DNA of 64,000 nucleotides from Candidatus Chlorobium antarcticum (GTDB taxonomy: Bacteria > Bacteroidota > Chlorobiia > Chlorobiales > Chlorobiaceae), in NCBI GenBank assembly GCA_030765725.1, contig JAVCDF010000007.1, forward strand, positions 16,682-80,681, written 5' to 3'. Positions 1-10,895 of this stretch are shown here, in pieces. Numbering within the stretch: position 1 is the stretch's first letter; every line of letters begins with the position of its first letter. The translations under genes and the position numbers were made by a program. The notes under the pieces are model-generated. The model searched no databases. It was not told the origin of the DNA and saw only the letters and a program-made list of their open reading frames with translations.

Positions 1-1
1 C

Positions 2-295
2 CTCTACGGCCGCGAAGTACCCTACTCCGCTGAAGTCGTTGTAGACGAATTCCGTGAACAGCACGAAAACGACCCCAAACGCAAAGATCTCATCCGCTGC
101 TCCATAATCGTTGAGCGCGACACACAGAAACAGATTATCATCGGCCACAAAGGCCAGGCCCTCAAAAAACTCGGCCAAACCGCCCGCCAGGAAATAGAGC
201 AGCTCCTCGGCCGCCCCGTCTTCCTCGAACTCTTCGTAAAAGTCCGTCCCGACTGGAGAAAAAAACAGACCCTCCTCAAATCCTACGGCTACTAG
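2..295 (+). CDS. era: GTPase Era, C-terminal fragment (KH domain); 5' end lies outside the window
   Basis: The frame is open from the window edge to TAG 293-295. The translation ...[54 protein letters not shown]... matches the Era C-terminus. It is absent from the ORF track because it has no start in the window. Confidence 0.85.
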   Translation, partial: LYGREVPYSAEVVVDEFREQHENDPKRKDLIRCSIIVERDTQKQIIIGHKGQALKKLGQTARQEIEQLLGRPVFLELFVKVRPDWRKKQTLLKSYGY

Positions 296-322
296 CGGCT
301 CCTTGGGGAACTCTGAAAACAG

Positions 323-352
323 AAAACCCTCCGGAATACGGAGGGTTTTCTG
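323..352. terminator. Bidirectional rho-independent terminator between convergent era and rpsA
   Basis: Stem CCCTCCG (327-333), loop GAATA, stem CGGAGGG (339-345). It is flanked by an A-run upstream and TTTTCTGTT downstream, so a U-tract follows the stem on both strands. Confidence 0.75.
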
Positions 353-384
353 TTGTATCTCGTGAAGCTGGAAAGGGCTCTGGC

Positions 385-2196
385 TTATGCCTTATCGCCC
401 TTCTTCTCGGATGACTTCGGCTGGGGTTCCAGCTCGGCAGTCGCGTCCTCGATCTCCTTTTTCTCGTTCGGATGAGCCAGAAGGTAAGACTCAATCTCCT
501 CTTTGCTCTTGTCCTTGAAATACTCAAGTGCGGAGAGGATAATGCGCTTGTTCTCTTTGTCGAACTCAATGACGCGGAGGGGAAGTGCATCGCCGATTTT
601 GAATGAGGCATGAATGTCTTTCACGCCGCCCTGCAGGAGGTGGGTTGCCGGCACGAAACCGTCAACATCTCCGGGCAGAATGACAATGACACCCTTCTCA
701 ATGATCTGGGAAATCTCTGCAGGAGATTCGGCGCCAACAGCGTACTGCTGCTCAAAGCCACCCCAGGGATCGGGATTCATCTGCTTATGACCCAGCGCAA
801 TGCGGCGGGCGTGCACATCAAACTTCAGAACCTTCACCTCAAGCTCCTGATTCTTCTTCACCAGTTCACTTGGATGGCGGATCTTCTTCGTCCATGAGAG
901 GTCGGAAATGTGAACCAGACCGTCAACACCAGGCTCAAGCTCAACAAACACACCGAAATCGGTGATGTTGCTGACCGTACCCTTGTGGCGGGTGTTCTCC
1001 ACATACTTCTCTGACAGAGCAATCCAGGGATCCTCGTTGACCCGCTTCATGGAGAGTGAAAGCTTGGTGTGATCCTTGTCGATGTTCAGAATCACGCACT
1101 CCACTTCCTGGCCGAGAGTAACGAACTGGCCCGGATGCTTGATATGCTGCGTCCAACTCATTTCTGAGATGTGGACAAGGCCTTCGATGCCCTTCTCAAT
1201 TTCGACAAAGGCGCCGTAATCGGTAATGGAAACAACGCGGCCCTGAGCCTTGGAGCCCACAGGATACTTGAGTTCAATATTTTCCCACGGGTGCGCCTCA
1301 AGCTGCTTCATGCCGAGCGAAACCCTCTTGGTATTTTCGTCGAAACCAACAACAACAACCTTGATGGGCTGATCAAGATCAACAACCTCGGAAGGATGGT
1401 TGATTCTGCCCCAGGTGATGTCGGTAATATGAACAAGGCCGTCGAGACCGCCGAGGTCGACAAAGATGCCGAAATCGGTGATGTTCTTGACGGTACCCTC
1501 AAGAACCATGCCAACCTTGATGCTGGCAAGCATCTCCTCGCGTCGTGCAGCGTACTCCTCTTCAAGGATAACCTTGTGGCTGACAACAATGTTCTGGGTG
1601 ACAGGATTGATTTTGACAACCCTGAAGTCCATGGTCTGGCCAACAAGCGCATCGAAATCGCGAACAGGTTTGACATCAATCTGCGAACCGGGAAGGAAGG
1701 CCTCCACACCCGAAAGCGAAACCGTCATGCCGCCTTTAACGCGGTTGATGATTTTGCCGCTGATGATGGTATCATTTTCAATTGAATCGTAAATCTTATC
1801 CCAGATACGAAGAACATCGGCTTTCTTCTTGGAAAGAATAAGCTGTCCCATCTTGTCTTCGATGTTCTCAAGGTACACCTCAACATCATCGCCAACTTTG
1901 ATTTCATCCTCATCGCGGAACTCAAGCAGAGAGACAATACCCTCCGACTTGTATCCTACATCAATGGTGACATCCTTGTTGGATATGGAGACAATGCATC
2001 CCTTGACAATCTCGTCCTGGTTAATCTGATTGAGCGTGCTTGTGTAAAGCTTCTCCATCTGAGAAAGTTCGGCGGGCTCGTAGTGAGCAAAAAATTTGAT
2101 TTTTTTGCGGGCGGGTTTTTCGTTGACCGCCTTTTCTACTGCTGGTGCCGTTTCTGTTGTTGCAGCAACTACTGCTGCGGTTTCTGTTTCTGGCAT
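385..2196 (-). CDS. rpsA: 30S ribosomal protein S1
   Basis: The 659-aa ORF contains repeated S1 domains (e.g. GxVxxITDFGxFVxL, GLVHISxxSW). I chose the internal ATG at 2196 (MPETETAAV...) because the longer ORF would overlap the cmk stop at 2297, and GAAAGGAAAAACC precedes this ATG. Confidence 0.92.
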   Translation of the reverse strand: MPETETAAVVAATTETAPAVEKAVNEKPARKKIKFFAHYEPAELSQMEKLYTSTLNQINQDEIVKGCIVSISNKDVTIDVGYKSEGIVSLLEFRDEDEIKVGDDVEVYLENIEDKMGQLILSKKKADVLRIWDKIYDSIENDTIISGKIINRVKGGMTVSLSGVEAFLPGSQIDVKPVRDFDALVGQTMDFRVVKINPVTQNIVVSHKVILEEEYAARREEMLASIKVGMVLEGTVKNITDFGIFVDLGGLDGLVHITDITWGRINHPSEVVDLDQPIKVVVVGFDENTKRVSLGMKQLEAHPWENIELKYPVGSKAQGRVVSITDYGAFVEIEKGIEGLVHISEMSWTQHIKHPGQFVTLGQEVECVILNIDKDHTKLSLSMKRVNEDPWIALSEKYVENTRHKGTVSNITDFGVFVELEPGVDGLVHISDLSWTKKIRHPSELVKKNQELEVKVLKFDVHARRIALGHKQMNPDPWGGFEQQYAVGAESPAEISQIIEKGVIVILPGDVDGFVPATHLLQGGVKDIHASFKIGDALPLRVIEFDKENKRIILSALEYFKDKSKEEIESYLLAHPNEKKEIEDATAELEPQPKSSEKKGDKA

Positions 2197-2296
2197 TGGT
2201 TTTTCCTTTCTCTCATATGATTTGTCTGGCCTGTCGCGAGAGATTTCGACAGGGGGATTCAGGGTTAACGGGAAAACTAATCGGAAAAGAGAGGCC

Positions 2297-3010
2297 TCAT
2301 CGACCGCCCTCCTCCATCTGTACTGCAAAATCATGAACCAAAGCAACCTGCCGGTCGACTTCAAGGTTCGAAGTATCTATCTCTTTGGCATCCGGGTGTT
2401 TTTTCAGCGGGGCATGCTCACGCACTGCATCAGCCCGATCCCGTTCAACAATTTCTGCCTCCAGTGTTTCGAGGTCCGGTACTCCACCGCCCCCGGCACT
2501 CTTGGCCATAAGCTCACGGTGGCGGCGCAGAGCTCGCTCACGCGCGTCGGCAACAAGAAAAATTTTCAGCTCTGCATCAGGAAACACCACGGTACCAATG
2601 TCGCGGCCATCCATAACAACTCCGCGCCCACGGCCAAGATCCTGCTGCATCACAAGAAGAGCGTCACGCACGGGTTTCAGCGAACTGATGAAACTCACCT
2701 CCCGAGCAACCCTGTTGTCGCGGATTTCTCCGCTCACATCACGGCCGTCAAGCAGAACCCGGTCGCCCTCAAAAGCAATGGAAATATCACCCAAAAGCCT
2801 CTCAACCCTTTCGGGAGAGCGCCTCACCTCATCAAGCATGCCACTTTCAATCACCTTCAGGGTAACCGACCGGTACATTGCACCGGTGTCGATATAGGTA
2901 TAGCCCATAAGGCCGGCGACTTTCCGTGCTGTAGTGCTCTTGCCCGACGCAGCCGGTCCGTCAATAGCTATGATGATCTTTTTCCTGCCGATAAGTCGCC
3001 TCACTTGCAT
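2297..3010 (-). CDS. cmk: Cytidylate kinase
   Basis: P-loop [13 protein letters not shown] and the YIDTGAMYR motif. The conserved cmk-rpsA gene order supports the call. Confidence 0.92.
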   Translation of the reverse strand: MQVRRLIGRKKIIIAIDGPAASGKSTTARKVAGLMGYTYIDTGAMYRSVTLKVIESGMLDEVRRSPERVERLLGDISIAFEGDRVLLDGRDVSGEIRDNRVAREVSFISSLKPVRDALLVMQQDLGRGRGVVMDGRDIGTVVFPDAELKIFLVADARERALRRHRELMAKSAGGGGVPDLETLEAEIVERDRADAVREHAPLKKHPDAKEIDTSNLEVDRQVALVHDFAVQMEEGGR

Positions 3011-3160
3011 TTTGAATTAGCCAGTTATTTTATAAAATAAATTTGCTTTTTCCAAACATTATGGTTAGATGAAAAGGCTTTATATTTAATATCACATTCA
3101 GCCATAGGCGCTCCCGAAACAGGGCTGGCCAAAGGCACAATTGAACAAAAATTTTCAGGT

Positions 3161-4252
3161 ATGTCACTCTGCTGCGGTATCGTCGGCCTTCCCAATGTCG
3201 GCAAATCAACACTCTTCAACGCCATCACCGCCAAACAGGCCGAGGCCGCCAACTACCCGTTCTGCACCATAGAGCCGAATGTAGGTACTGTTCTGGTTCC
3301 CGACGAACGGATGCAGCTCATTGCCAATGTGGTCAAAACCCCAACGCTGGTGCCCACCACTCTTGAAATCGTCGACATTGCAGGCCTTGTTAAAGGGGCA
3401 AGCAAAGGCGAAGGGCTTGGCAACCAGTTCCTCTCGCACATTCGGGAGGTTGACGCAATTGTCCATGTCGTCCGCTGTTTTGACGATCCGGACATCATCC
3501 ATGTTGAAGGGAAAATTGATCCCGCCGACGATATAGCTACCATAGACACCGAGCTGATGCTCGCCGACCTTGAGGGCATGGAGCGGAAAATGGAAAAACT
3601 CCGCAAAAGCGCACGCAAGGAAAAAGAGCTGCAGCCGCAGGTTGACCTGGGAGAAGCCATTGTCAAAGGACTCAGTGAAGGAGTGCCCGCCCGCAGCATC
3701 ATCAACGGCCCGGAAGAGACTGAAATGGCCCGCCAGTTCTTCCTTCTCACGGCAAAGCCTCTTCTTTACGCCGCCAATGTGGGCGAAAACGATCTCCCCG
3801 ATGGTAATGCCTATACGGCAAAAATTGCCGAAATTGCCGCTGCGACTGGCTCGAAAATGCTCATCATCAGCGCAAAAACCGAAGCTGAAATCGCAGAACT
3901 TCCAGAAGAGGAACGCCCCGAGTTCCTTGAAAGCCTCGGGCTTGCCATGTCGGGGCTTGACCGCCTTATCCAGACCGCCTACGACCTGCTCGGACTGCAA
4001 ACCTATTTCACCGCCGGCGTCAAAGAGGTCCACGCATGGACCATCCGCAAGGGAGCCGCAGCACCCGAAGCGGCAGGGGCCATCCACTCCGACTTTGAAA
4101 AAGGGTTCATCCGCGCGGAAGTTATGGGCTGGCACGACCTCGTTGAAATCGGCTCGGAACAGAAAGTCAAAGAAGCCGGAAAGCTCCGCAGCGAAGGGCG
4201 AGACTACATAGTCAAAGACGGCGATGTCATCGTCTTCCGCTTCAATGTATAA
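3161..4252 (+). CDS. ychF: Ribosome-binding ATPase YchF (Obg-like)
   Basis: N-terminus [18 protein letters not shown] and a C-terminal TGS-like ...[15 protein letters not shown]. Confidence 0.93.
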   Translation: MSLCCGIVGLPNVGKSTLFNAITAKQAEAANYPFCTIEPNVGTVLVPDERMQLIANVVKTPTLVPTTLEIVDIAGLVKGASKGEGLGNQFLSHIREVDAIVHVVRCFDDPDIIHVEGKIDPADDIATIDTELMLADLEGMERKMEKLRKSARKEKELQPQVDLGEAIVKGLSEGVPARSIINGPEETEMARQFFLLTAKPLLYAANVGENDLPDGNAYTAKIAEIAAATGSKMLIISAKTEAEIAELPEEERPEFLESLGLAMSGLDRLIQTAYDLLGLQTYFTAGVKEVHAWTIRKGAAAPEAAGAIHSDFEKGFIRAEVMGWHDLVEIGSEQKVKEAGKLRSEGRDYIVKDGDVIVFRFNV

Positions 4253-4294
4253 CCAACCGTTTAGCTAACCACTCGAACCAACACGCCGAAGGCG

Positions 4295-5110
4295 ATGCAG
4301 CGAACCCCAACTTCACAAAGCCCCATAGGCATATTCGACTCCGGCGTTGGAGGACTGACGGTGTTAAAGGCCATGCAGAAGCTGCTGCCCTCGGAAAAAC
4401 TTCTCTACTTTGGCGACACCGCACGCGTGCCCTACGGCCCCAAGTCGCAGGTCACCATTCGCCGTTACGCCGAAGACGACACCCGCATTCTTCTGCGCCA
4501 CCAGCCGAAAATGATTATCGTCGCCTGCAACACCGTATCGGCGCTTGCCCTTGATGTGGTAGAAAAAACAGCCGACCCACTGCCCGTCCTCGGCGTTCTC
4601 GAGGCCGGAGCCGACCTTGCGGTGGAAGTCACCCGGAACCGGCGCATCGGCGTAATAGGCACCCAGGCTACTGTCTGTTCAAACGCCTACGCATACGCAA
4701 TCAACAAGGCCAACCCCGACATTGAAGTCTTCTCAACCGCCTGCCCGCTCTTTGTGCCCCTTGCCGAAGAGGGCATGCTCAACCACGAGGCCACACGGCT
4801 GATTGCGCAGCAGTACCTCGCCCCCCTTCTTGCCGAAAGGATAGACACCCTCGTCCTCGGCTGCACCCACTACCCCATTCTCCGCGCCGTCATTGAAGAG
4901 ACCGCCGGCTCCGGGGTCCAAATCATCGACTCCGCAGAAGCTGTTGCCCAGCGCGCCGCATCCATGCTCGGAAGCACAGGGATGGAGGCTTCCCGCACCG
5001 AGGCAACCTTACCCCACCTGATGGTGAGCGACCTTCCCCAGAAATTCAGTACTCTCTACCACCTCTTCATGAACGCCAGCGTACCCGATGTGGAACTGGT
5101 GGAAGTCTAA
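4295..5110 (+). CDS. murI: Glutamate racemase
   Basis: Motifs [21 protein letters not shown] and GCTHYP. Confidence 0.92.
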   Translation: MQRTPTSQSPIGIFDSGVGGLTVLKAMQKLLPSEKLLYFGDTARVPYGPKSQVTIRRYAEDDTRILLRHQPKMIIVACNTVSALALDVVEKTADPLPVLGVLEAGADLAVEVTRNRRIGVIGTQATVCSNAYAYAINKANPDIEVFSTACPLFVPLAEEGMLNHEATRLIAQQYLAPLLAERIDTLVLGCTHYPILRAVIEETAGSGVQIIDSAEAVAQRAASMLGSTGMEASRTEATLPHLMVSDLPQKFSTLYHLFMNASVPDVELVEV

Positions 5111-5234
5111 GCTCCCCCGGCCTCTGCCTGAATTTTCAAACTCCCCTCTTTCTTCTTACATTTGCGAAACATTCCCTTCACCCGGAAAACGACAGAACCC
5201 TTTTCATTTTATTCGCCCTTCAGGGACACCAGCC

Positions 5235-6176
5235 GTGAAAGTAAACCTCGACCGAAACTCATCAGGCTTCTGCTTTGGCGTACAAAGCACCATCAATGTC
5301 GCCGAAGAAAAACTCCGCAATGAAAAAGGGCTATACTCACTCGGCGATGTTGTCCATAACGAAGTGGAGGTCAAACGGCTTGAGGATCTTGGGCTCATCA
5401 CCATCAAAACGGCCACCTTCAACGAACTGAAAGACGCGCCCGTACTCATCCGTGCACACGGTGAACCACCCTCAACCTATGAAACCGCCCGTCAGAACAA
5501 TCTGACGCTGACCGATACCACCTGCCCCGTCGTAGCAAAACTGCAGCGCACCGCACGCCAGCTCGACGAACTCGGTTATCAGGTAATCATCTACGGCAAA
5601 CATGCCCATCCCGAGGTCATCGGCATCAACGGCCACTGCCGCAACCAGGCCATCATCATCAAACATGCCGACCTCAACGACGCTGAAGAAACACGACCGC
5701 TGGACCTATCAAGAAAGACGGCACTGATTTCGCAGACAACTATGGATGTGCCGGGGTTCTACGAACTGAAAAAGAATCTGGAAAAGCTGTTCAGCAAGGG
5801 CGGATCGGGAAATGGTCCATGGACGGAGGTGCAAGGCATCGCAGGAAGGCAACCGATGGCAGAGTTCATCTTCAAAGACACCATCTGCCGGCAGATATCA
5901 AGCCGGAACCAAAAGCTTCACAACTTCGCCCTTGCCAACGAGCGCATCATCTTTGTGGCCGGAAAGAAAAGTTCAAACGGACAGGTGCTCTACAGCATCT
6001 GCAAAGCGGCCAACCCAGAGAGCCACTTCATTGAAGATGTTGAAGAGCTCCATAACGAATGGTTCACAACCCCTGAAGGATCAACTGTGGAAAGCACCGG
6101 TGTCTGCGGAGCCACATCCACACCTATGTGGCTACTTGAAAAAGTTGCCCGCCACATTGAATCTCTTTACGCATAA
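5235..6176 (+). CDS. ispH: 4-hydroxy-3-methylbut-2-enyl diphosphate reductase
   Basis: Motifs GFCFGV, HNEVEV..L, CP.V.K and SSNG. I prefer the in-frame GTG at 5235 ([16 protein letters not shown]) because the ATG at 5088 would overlap murI and add a non-conserved extension. Confidence 0.85.
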   Translation: MKVNLDRNSSGFCFGVQSTINVAEEKLRNEKGLYSLGDVVHNEVEVKRLEDLGLITIKTATFNELKDAPVLIRAHGEPPSTYETARQNNLTLTDTTCPVVAKLQRTARQLDELGYQVIIYGKHAHPEVIGINGHCRNQAIIIKHADLNDAEETRPLDLSRKTALISQTTMDVPGFYELKKNLEKLFSKGGSGNGPWTEVQGIAGRQPMAEFIFKDTICRQISSRNQKLHNFALANERIIFVAGKKSSNGQVLYSICKAANPESHFIEDVEELHNEWFTTPEGSTVESTGVCGATSTPMWLLEKVARHIESLYA

Positions 6177-6203
6177 GCACGAAGCCACCCGCCGAGAGCT
6201 CTT

Positions 6204-6458
6204 TCATCCGCCGAACAGGGATGAAACAAACTGCAGTGCCCCGATAACCCACTCCTCTGCAGAATAGAACAGCGGCGACACACCGCTTCCGCTGAAAAGC
6301 AGCCATGCGGCATAGAGCACCACCACCGCAGCGGCAAGCAGCAGCAGACCCGCCACCTTCCTGAGGAAAAAAAACATGACCACTGCGGCCACAATCACCG
6401 AAACCCCGAGCACTGCGGGGTGAAGTGCGAAATACTCTACAATCTGCTCCATCCTCAC
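6204..6458 (-). CDS. Hypothetical small membrane protein (two predicted TM helices)
   Basis: 84-aa hydrophobic ORF. Its GTG start (6458) overlaps the lpxB stop in a GTGA arrangement, and an alternative ATG lies at 6452. I recognised no family. Confidence 0.5.
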   Translation of the reverse strand: MRMEQIVEYFALHPAVLGVSVIVAAVVMFFFLRKVAGLLLLAAAVVVLYAAWLLFSGSGVSPLFYSAEEWVIGALQFVSSLFGG

Positions 6459-7636
6459 TCCTTTATCTGAAGGGCTCCCCGACGGCCCGTTCCCACAAGA
6501 TACTCCTCAAGCACCTCCGCCACCCTCTGCGAAGGAGACTCGCTGGCAAGCCCAGCCCGAGCAGCCAGCAGCTCCTTTCTCATAGCTGCCGCCAGAGCGG
6601 GATCATCAAGAATCCGGGAACCCTCGCGAAAAATCCCCTCACCGTCCATGGCGTCCTGAATGAGCTCCGGGACCACCTGCTCCCTAGCCCCGAGCCCTTT
6701 TGTCACAATATTGGCCAGCGAAATGCTCGTCAATTTCACCAGCATGCGCCCAATCATATAATTTAACCGGCCCGTCCTGTACAGCACAACCATTGGCATA
6801 CCAAAACAGAGCGCCTCAAGCGTCGCCGTTCCTGAAGTCACCAGACCAAGATCGCTGTATTGCATAACCTCATAGGCGCTACACTCAACTATCTTCAAAT
6901 CCCCGTAAGCCTCCAGTTCCCCATAAAGCCCAGCATCAAGATTGGGAGCACGACCCATCAGAAACACCACCCTGCGGCCCCGGGCAAGCAGGCGAGCCCC
7001 CTTGAGCATGCTGGGGAAAATATAGGCAAGTTCCTGTTTTCTGCTTCCCGGAAGAAGACCCACAAGCTGCGTATCAGCCCCTATACCATGCGCCTTCAAA
7101 AACTCCTCCTTCGGAGGAAGCGACACCTCAGCAAGTTCCTCAATAACCGGATGGCCGACAAACTCGGCATCAATGCCATGACGGAGAAAAAAATCAACCT
7201 CAAAACGGAAAATCACCAGCAACCGGTCAATGGAGGCGCGAATGGCCTTCACCCTCCTCTCCTTCCATGCCCACACTTGCGGCGATATATAGTAAATAAC
7301 CGGAATGCCCAGTTCCCCACAGAACTTCGCCATAATCAGGTTCATACCGGGATAATCGACAAGCAGCACCGCATCAGGCATTTCGCGCCGAACAGCCTCC
7401 TTCAGCTCTCGAATCACCCGGCGAAGAAATCCCGCATGCTTCAGCACATCAAAAAAACCCATAATGCTCATCTGCCGTGTATCATACAGCAGTTCCGCAC
7501 CCAGCCTACGAAGCCCCTCTCCGCCAACGCCAAAAACCCGAAGATCGGGCACTTCAAGAAGAAGACGGGCCGCGACCGGCGCTGCATGCAAATCACCGGA
7601 AACCTCCCCGGCAAGGACAAAAAGCTTCTTTGGCAT
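6455..7636 (-). CDS. lpxB: Lipid-A-disaccharide synthase
   Basis: N-terminus MPKKLFVLAGEVSGDLHAAP is typical of LpxB. I chose the internal ATG at 7636 over the 416-aa ORF start at 7705. Confidence 0.88.
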   Translation of the reverse strand: MPKKLFVLAGEVSGDLHAAPVAARLLLEVPDLRVFGVGGEGLRRLGAELLYDTRQMSIMGFFDVLKHAGFLRRVIRELKEAVRREMPDAVLLVDYPGMNLIMAKFCGELGIPVIYYISPQVWAWKERRVKAIRASIDRLLVIFRFEVDFFLRHGIDAEFVGHPVIEELAEVSLPPKEEFLKAHGIGADTQLVGLLPGSRKQELAYIFPSMLKGARLLARGRRVVFLMGRAPNLDAGLYGELEAYGDLKIVECSAYEVMQYSDLGLVTSGTATLEALCFGMPMVVLYRTGRLNYMIGRMLVKLTSISLANIVTKGLGAREQVVPELIQDAMDGEGIFREGSRILDDPALAAAMRKELLAARAGLASESPSQRVAEVLEEYLVGTGRRGALQIKE

Positions 7637-7746
7637 CAAAAACGGGAGATCATTGGATGTACGGAAGGGAAACTGTATTTTGGGAAAGATTTTTAAAGGA
7701 ATCATTCACCCGTATTCAATTCCCATTATATTAAAAACGCCAGATA

Positions 7747-9129
7747 ATGCAAGTCAAATTCGGCACTGACGGATGGAGAGCCATCATAGCAAAAGACTAC
7801 ACCTACGACAATCTGAAGCTTGCTGCGCTTGCATCTGCCCAATACTTCCTCACGCACCCCAACAGGGCAAAAGGTGTCTGCATCGGCTACGACACCCGCT
7901 TCATGTCAAAGGATTTTGCACGCTACACCGCCGAGATATTCTCCTCTGCCGGTCTTAAAGTCTATCTTTCCGACAGCTTTGTTTCAACCCCCGCAGTCTC
8001 ACTCTTCACCAAGGCAAAACAGCTCGCCGGCGGCATTGTCATCACCGCATCGCACAACCCGGCAAACTACAACGGCTTCAAGGTCAAGTCATCATTCGGC
8101 GGCCCGGCCAGTCCCGAGGTCATCAGCGAAATAGAGAGCTACCTACCAGGCATTGACCCCGCAACTGCCATAAAGCCCGATGAAAAACTGATTGAGACGG
8201 TTGACATGAAAGGGTTCTATGTCAACTACCTGAAAGCGCACATCGACCTGCAGCTCATCCGCAGCTCACGCATCAAAATAGCCCACAATGCCATGTACGG
8301 CGCCGGGCAGGACCTCATCGCCCGTCTTCTGGACGAGTCTATGGTCAGCTGCTACCACTGCACCGAGAACCCGGGATTCGGCGGCATCAACCCCGAACCC
8401 ATCCCCCCCTACATTGAAGAATTCGTCGACTTCTTCAAAGAGGTTGAAACTGATGTAGCAATCATCAACGACGGCGACGCCGACAGAATCGGTATGCTTG
8501 ACGAAAAAGGCGACTTTGTCGACTCCCACAAACTCTTTGCCATCATTCTCAAAGACCTTGTTGAAGAGAAACACCAAACCGGAGAAGTGGCAAAAACCTT
8601 CGCCCTTACCGACATCATCGACCGCATCTGCCAAAAGCACGGCCTCATCATGCATGAACTGCCCGTCGGGTTCAAGTATGTCAGCGCCCTCATGAGCACC
8701 AACAACATCCTCATCGGCGGCGAAGAGTCAGGAGGCCTTGGCATTACAGGCTTCCTTCCCGAGCGCGACGGCATATACATCGGCCTGCTTATCCTGGAAA
8801 TGATGGCCCGAAAAGAAAAAACCCTTTCACAGCTGGTTCAGGAACTCTATGACGAATACGGGTTCTTCGCTTACCAGCGGCTCGACCTCCGCGTCAGTGA
8901 AGAACGGAAAGCAGGTATCATTGCAGAAGCCAAAGGAGGAAAGCTCACCTCTATTGCCGGCTACCCGGTCACGAAATACAGCGACCTGGACGGGTACAAA
9001 TACCACTTTGAAGGCGGCTGGATGCTCATCCGTCCATCCGGCACAGAGCCCATCCTAAGGATATACTGCGAAGCCAACACCGTGGAAAAGGTAGACAAGG
9101 TACTCAGCTTCGCCTCAAAGCTCGCCTAA
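7747..9129 (+). CDS. Phosphoglucomutase/phosphomannomutase family protein (alpha-D-phosphohexomutase)
   Basis: GTDGWRA N-terminus, active-site loop TASHNPANYNGFK, metal loop DGDADR and sugar loop GGEESGG. Confidence 0.88.
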   Translation: MQVKFGTDGWRAIIAKDYTYDNLKLAALASAQYFLTHPNRAKGVCIGYDTRFMSKDFARYTAEIFSSAGLKVYLSDSFVSTPAVSLFTKAKQLAGGIVITASHNPANYNGFKVKSSFGGPASPEVISEIESYLPGIDPATAIKPDEKLIETVDMKGFYVNYLKAHIDLQLIRSSRIKIAHNAMYGAGQDLIARLLDESMVSCYHCTENPGFGGINPEPIPPYIEEFVDFFKEVETDVAIINDGDADRIGMLDEKGDFVDSHKLFAIILKDLVEEKHQTGEVAKTFALTDIIDRICQKHGLIMHELPVGFKYVSALMSTNNILIGGEESGGLGITGFLPERDGIYIGLLILEMMARKEKTLSQLVQELYDEYGFFAYQRLDLRVSEERKAGIIAEAKGGKLTSIAGYPVTKYSDLDGYKYHFEGGWMLIRPSGTEPILRIYCEANTVEKVDKVLSFASKLA

Positions 9130-9309
9130 CAGAGAAAAAAGGAGACGCAGCGCAGGAATTCCATTAAAACGGCGTCAAAGATGTGGACAGATAATAAACC
9201 CTGCTGCGCCTGCGCTGCAACCAAGACTGCCATGCAACTCACAATGGAAGACGCCGAACATACAGCCATGGCAATAGGGGCAGCAACCGCGCCACTGCAA
9301 CATTCCGCA

Positions 9310-9852
9310 ATGACAACCAGGGAAGAACTCTTCAGGACCCTCGTCGGCGAACATCAGGAGATGGTCATCAACACCTGCTACCGGTTTGTCTTCAACCGGC
9401 AGGACGCTGAAGACATTGCTCAGGATGTTTTTGTTGAGGTTTTCCGCTCTCTCGACCGCTTCCGCGAAGAATCAAAACTCTCCACTTGGATCTATCGCAT
9501 CGCAGTTACCAAATCGCTCGACCACCTTCGGCGCCTGAAGCGCAAAAAACGCTTCACCTCCCTCAAAAGGATTATCGGAGCAGAAGACCCCACCCTCAAC
9601 CTGCCCACCTCGGCACGCGATAACCCGGAAGAAACCATGCTTGAAGGCGAACGGACAGCCGTACTGCAAAATGCCCTCAACTCTCTTCCCGACAACCAGA
9701 AAACAGCATACCTCCTCAGCAAACAGGACGGACACACCAATCAGGAAATTGCCGATATTATGGAAACAAGCGTATCGGCCGTAGAATCACTCGTCCATCG
9801 GGCCAAGAAAAACCTGCAGGAAAAGTTGCAGGCATTTTACGCCCGAAACTGA
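9310..9852 (+). CDS. ECF-type RNA polymerase sigma-70 family factor
   Basis: Region 2 ([22 protein letters not shown]) and region 4 ([26 protein letters not shown]). The ORF opens at 9181, but the ATG at 9310 gives a typical ECF length of about 180 aa. Confidence 0.85.
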   Translation: MTTREELFRTLVGEHQEMVINTCYRFVFNRQDAEDIAQDVFVEVFRSLDRFREESKLSTWIYRIAVTKSLDHLRRLKRKKRFTSLKRIIGAEDPTLNLPTSARDNPEETMLEGERTAVLQNALNSLPDNQKTAYLLSKQDGHTNQEIADIMETSVSAVESLVHRAKKNLQEKLQAFYARN

Positions 9853-9919
9853 CATTTTACACGATACCGCAAGCATTTCACCAACCTATCGTCAAAAAAA
9901 GAAACGAAAACAGGATACG

Positions 9920-10309
9920 ATGATGAAGCCCGACAACAGACAGAACGCGACGGAAGAGGCCCTGAAAACCATGGGCATACTTGACGCATTGGAGCCCCTT
10001 GAGGTACGGCTCCAGTTCAGGGTGCGCCTGATGGAGCGAATTGAGAGGGAATCCCTCACCGGCAGATTGAACCATGCCGGCAGTGGCGCACTCATCAACT
10101 ACCGCTTCGCCTTCATTGTGCTCCTCATCATTGTCAATGTAAGCTCAGCGCTCGTCGTCTTCTTCAATACCACCGAGCGAAGCGCACCGCTCTTCAGCGA
10201 CCTGCGGACAACCATAAGCGACGACTATTCCAGCCCCACATTCGCATACTACGAACAGCCGGCTGCTTACAGCCACAATACTGAAACAATGGAACCCCGG
10301 ACACCCTGA
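9920..10309 (+). CDS. Hypothetical single-pass membrane protein; putative anti-sigma factor by position only
   Basis: 129 aa with one hydrophobic helix (FAFIVLLIIVNVSSALVVFF) and no zinc-binding HxxxCxxC motif. It lies immediately downstream of the ECF sigma gene. Confidence 0.6.
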   Translation: MMKPDNRQNATEEALKTMGILDALEPLEVRLQFRVRLMERIERESLTGRLNHAGSGALINYRFAFIVLLIIVNVSSALVVFFNTTERSAPLFSDLRTTISDDYSSPTFAYYEQPAAYSHNTETMEPRTP

Positions 10310-10360
10310 CCCCAAAGGAACCCGCCAACCATCGAACCGCAACAAGACCCGAAAGAGACT

Positions 10361-10846
10361 ATGGATTTCCTGACATCAAAACGACTGATCACCACCGCCC
10401 TCATACTACTCGTTATCCTGAATGTGTCGCTTCTCAGCGTCCTATGGTGGCAGAACATGCACACACCGAGGCCTGCGCCCGTAACCCACACCAGGGAAAT
10501 CAGCCGATCCGTCTACTTCAGCATCCCTCTCTCCCTCACCGAAAAACAGACGGAGAGCTTCAGGGAGCTCAGAAAACAGCACTTTCTCAAAGTTCGCCCC
10601 GAAATGGAAGCCATTACCAACCTGAAAGTAGCGCTGGTCGAAGAGTCCTTCAACGCCACCCCCGACACCATAAAAATAGCCAACATGGCCCTCGCCCTCG
10701 GAAGCCGTCAGGCCAAAATAGAAACAGAGCTCGCCATGCACTTCCATGACCTTGCCGAGGTCTGTACGCCCGCACAGCGCGACTCGCTGAAAGCAGTGCT
10801 TGAACAGCTTGCCACAAAAAAACTCATACTGCGCCAGACCCGATGA
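10361..10846 (+). CDS. Membrane-anchored periplasmic LTXXQ-motif protein (Spy/CpxP/ZraP-like)
   Basis: N-terminal TM helix, an LTEKQ motif (LSLTEKQTESFRELRKQHF) and a helical remainder. Confidence 0.7.
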   Translation: MDFLTSKRLITTALILLVILNVSLLSVLWWQNMHTPRPAPVTHTREISRSVYFSIPLSLTEKQTESFRELRKQHFLKVRPEMEAITNLKVALVEESFNATPDTIKIANMALALGSRQAKIETELAMHFHDLAEVCTPAQRDSLKAVLEQLATKKLILRQTR

Positions 10847-10895
10847 AACAACCATGCGCAGCGTGTTGCCCCTTAAAAAACAAACCAACACCACA

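Noticed and set aside
1171-1785. Other long shadow ORFs opposite real genes: 1171..1785, 3206..4135, 6860..7696, 12435..13346, 14926..15966, 24350..25084, 33273..33869 and 37650..38201.
   Set aside because: Each is nested in, or antisense to, a CDS with strong family evidence, and none shows protein-like motifs.
2197-2364. 5' extensions of track ORFs. These are rpsA to 2364, ispH to 5088, lpxB to 7705 and the polyprenyl synthase to 33911. The list also includes panD to 38677, the YrbL-like gene to 56616 and the DUF4405-like gene to 10800.
   Set aside because: The extensions overlap the upstream gene or read through it in another frame. They add non-conserved, often Arg/Pro-rich sequence. Internal starts restore typical N-termini and lengths.
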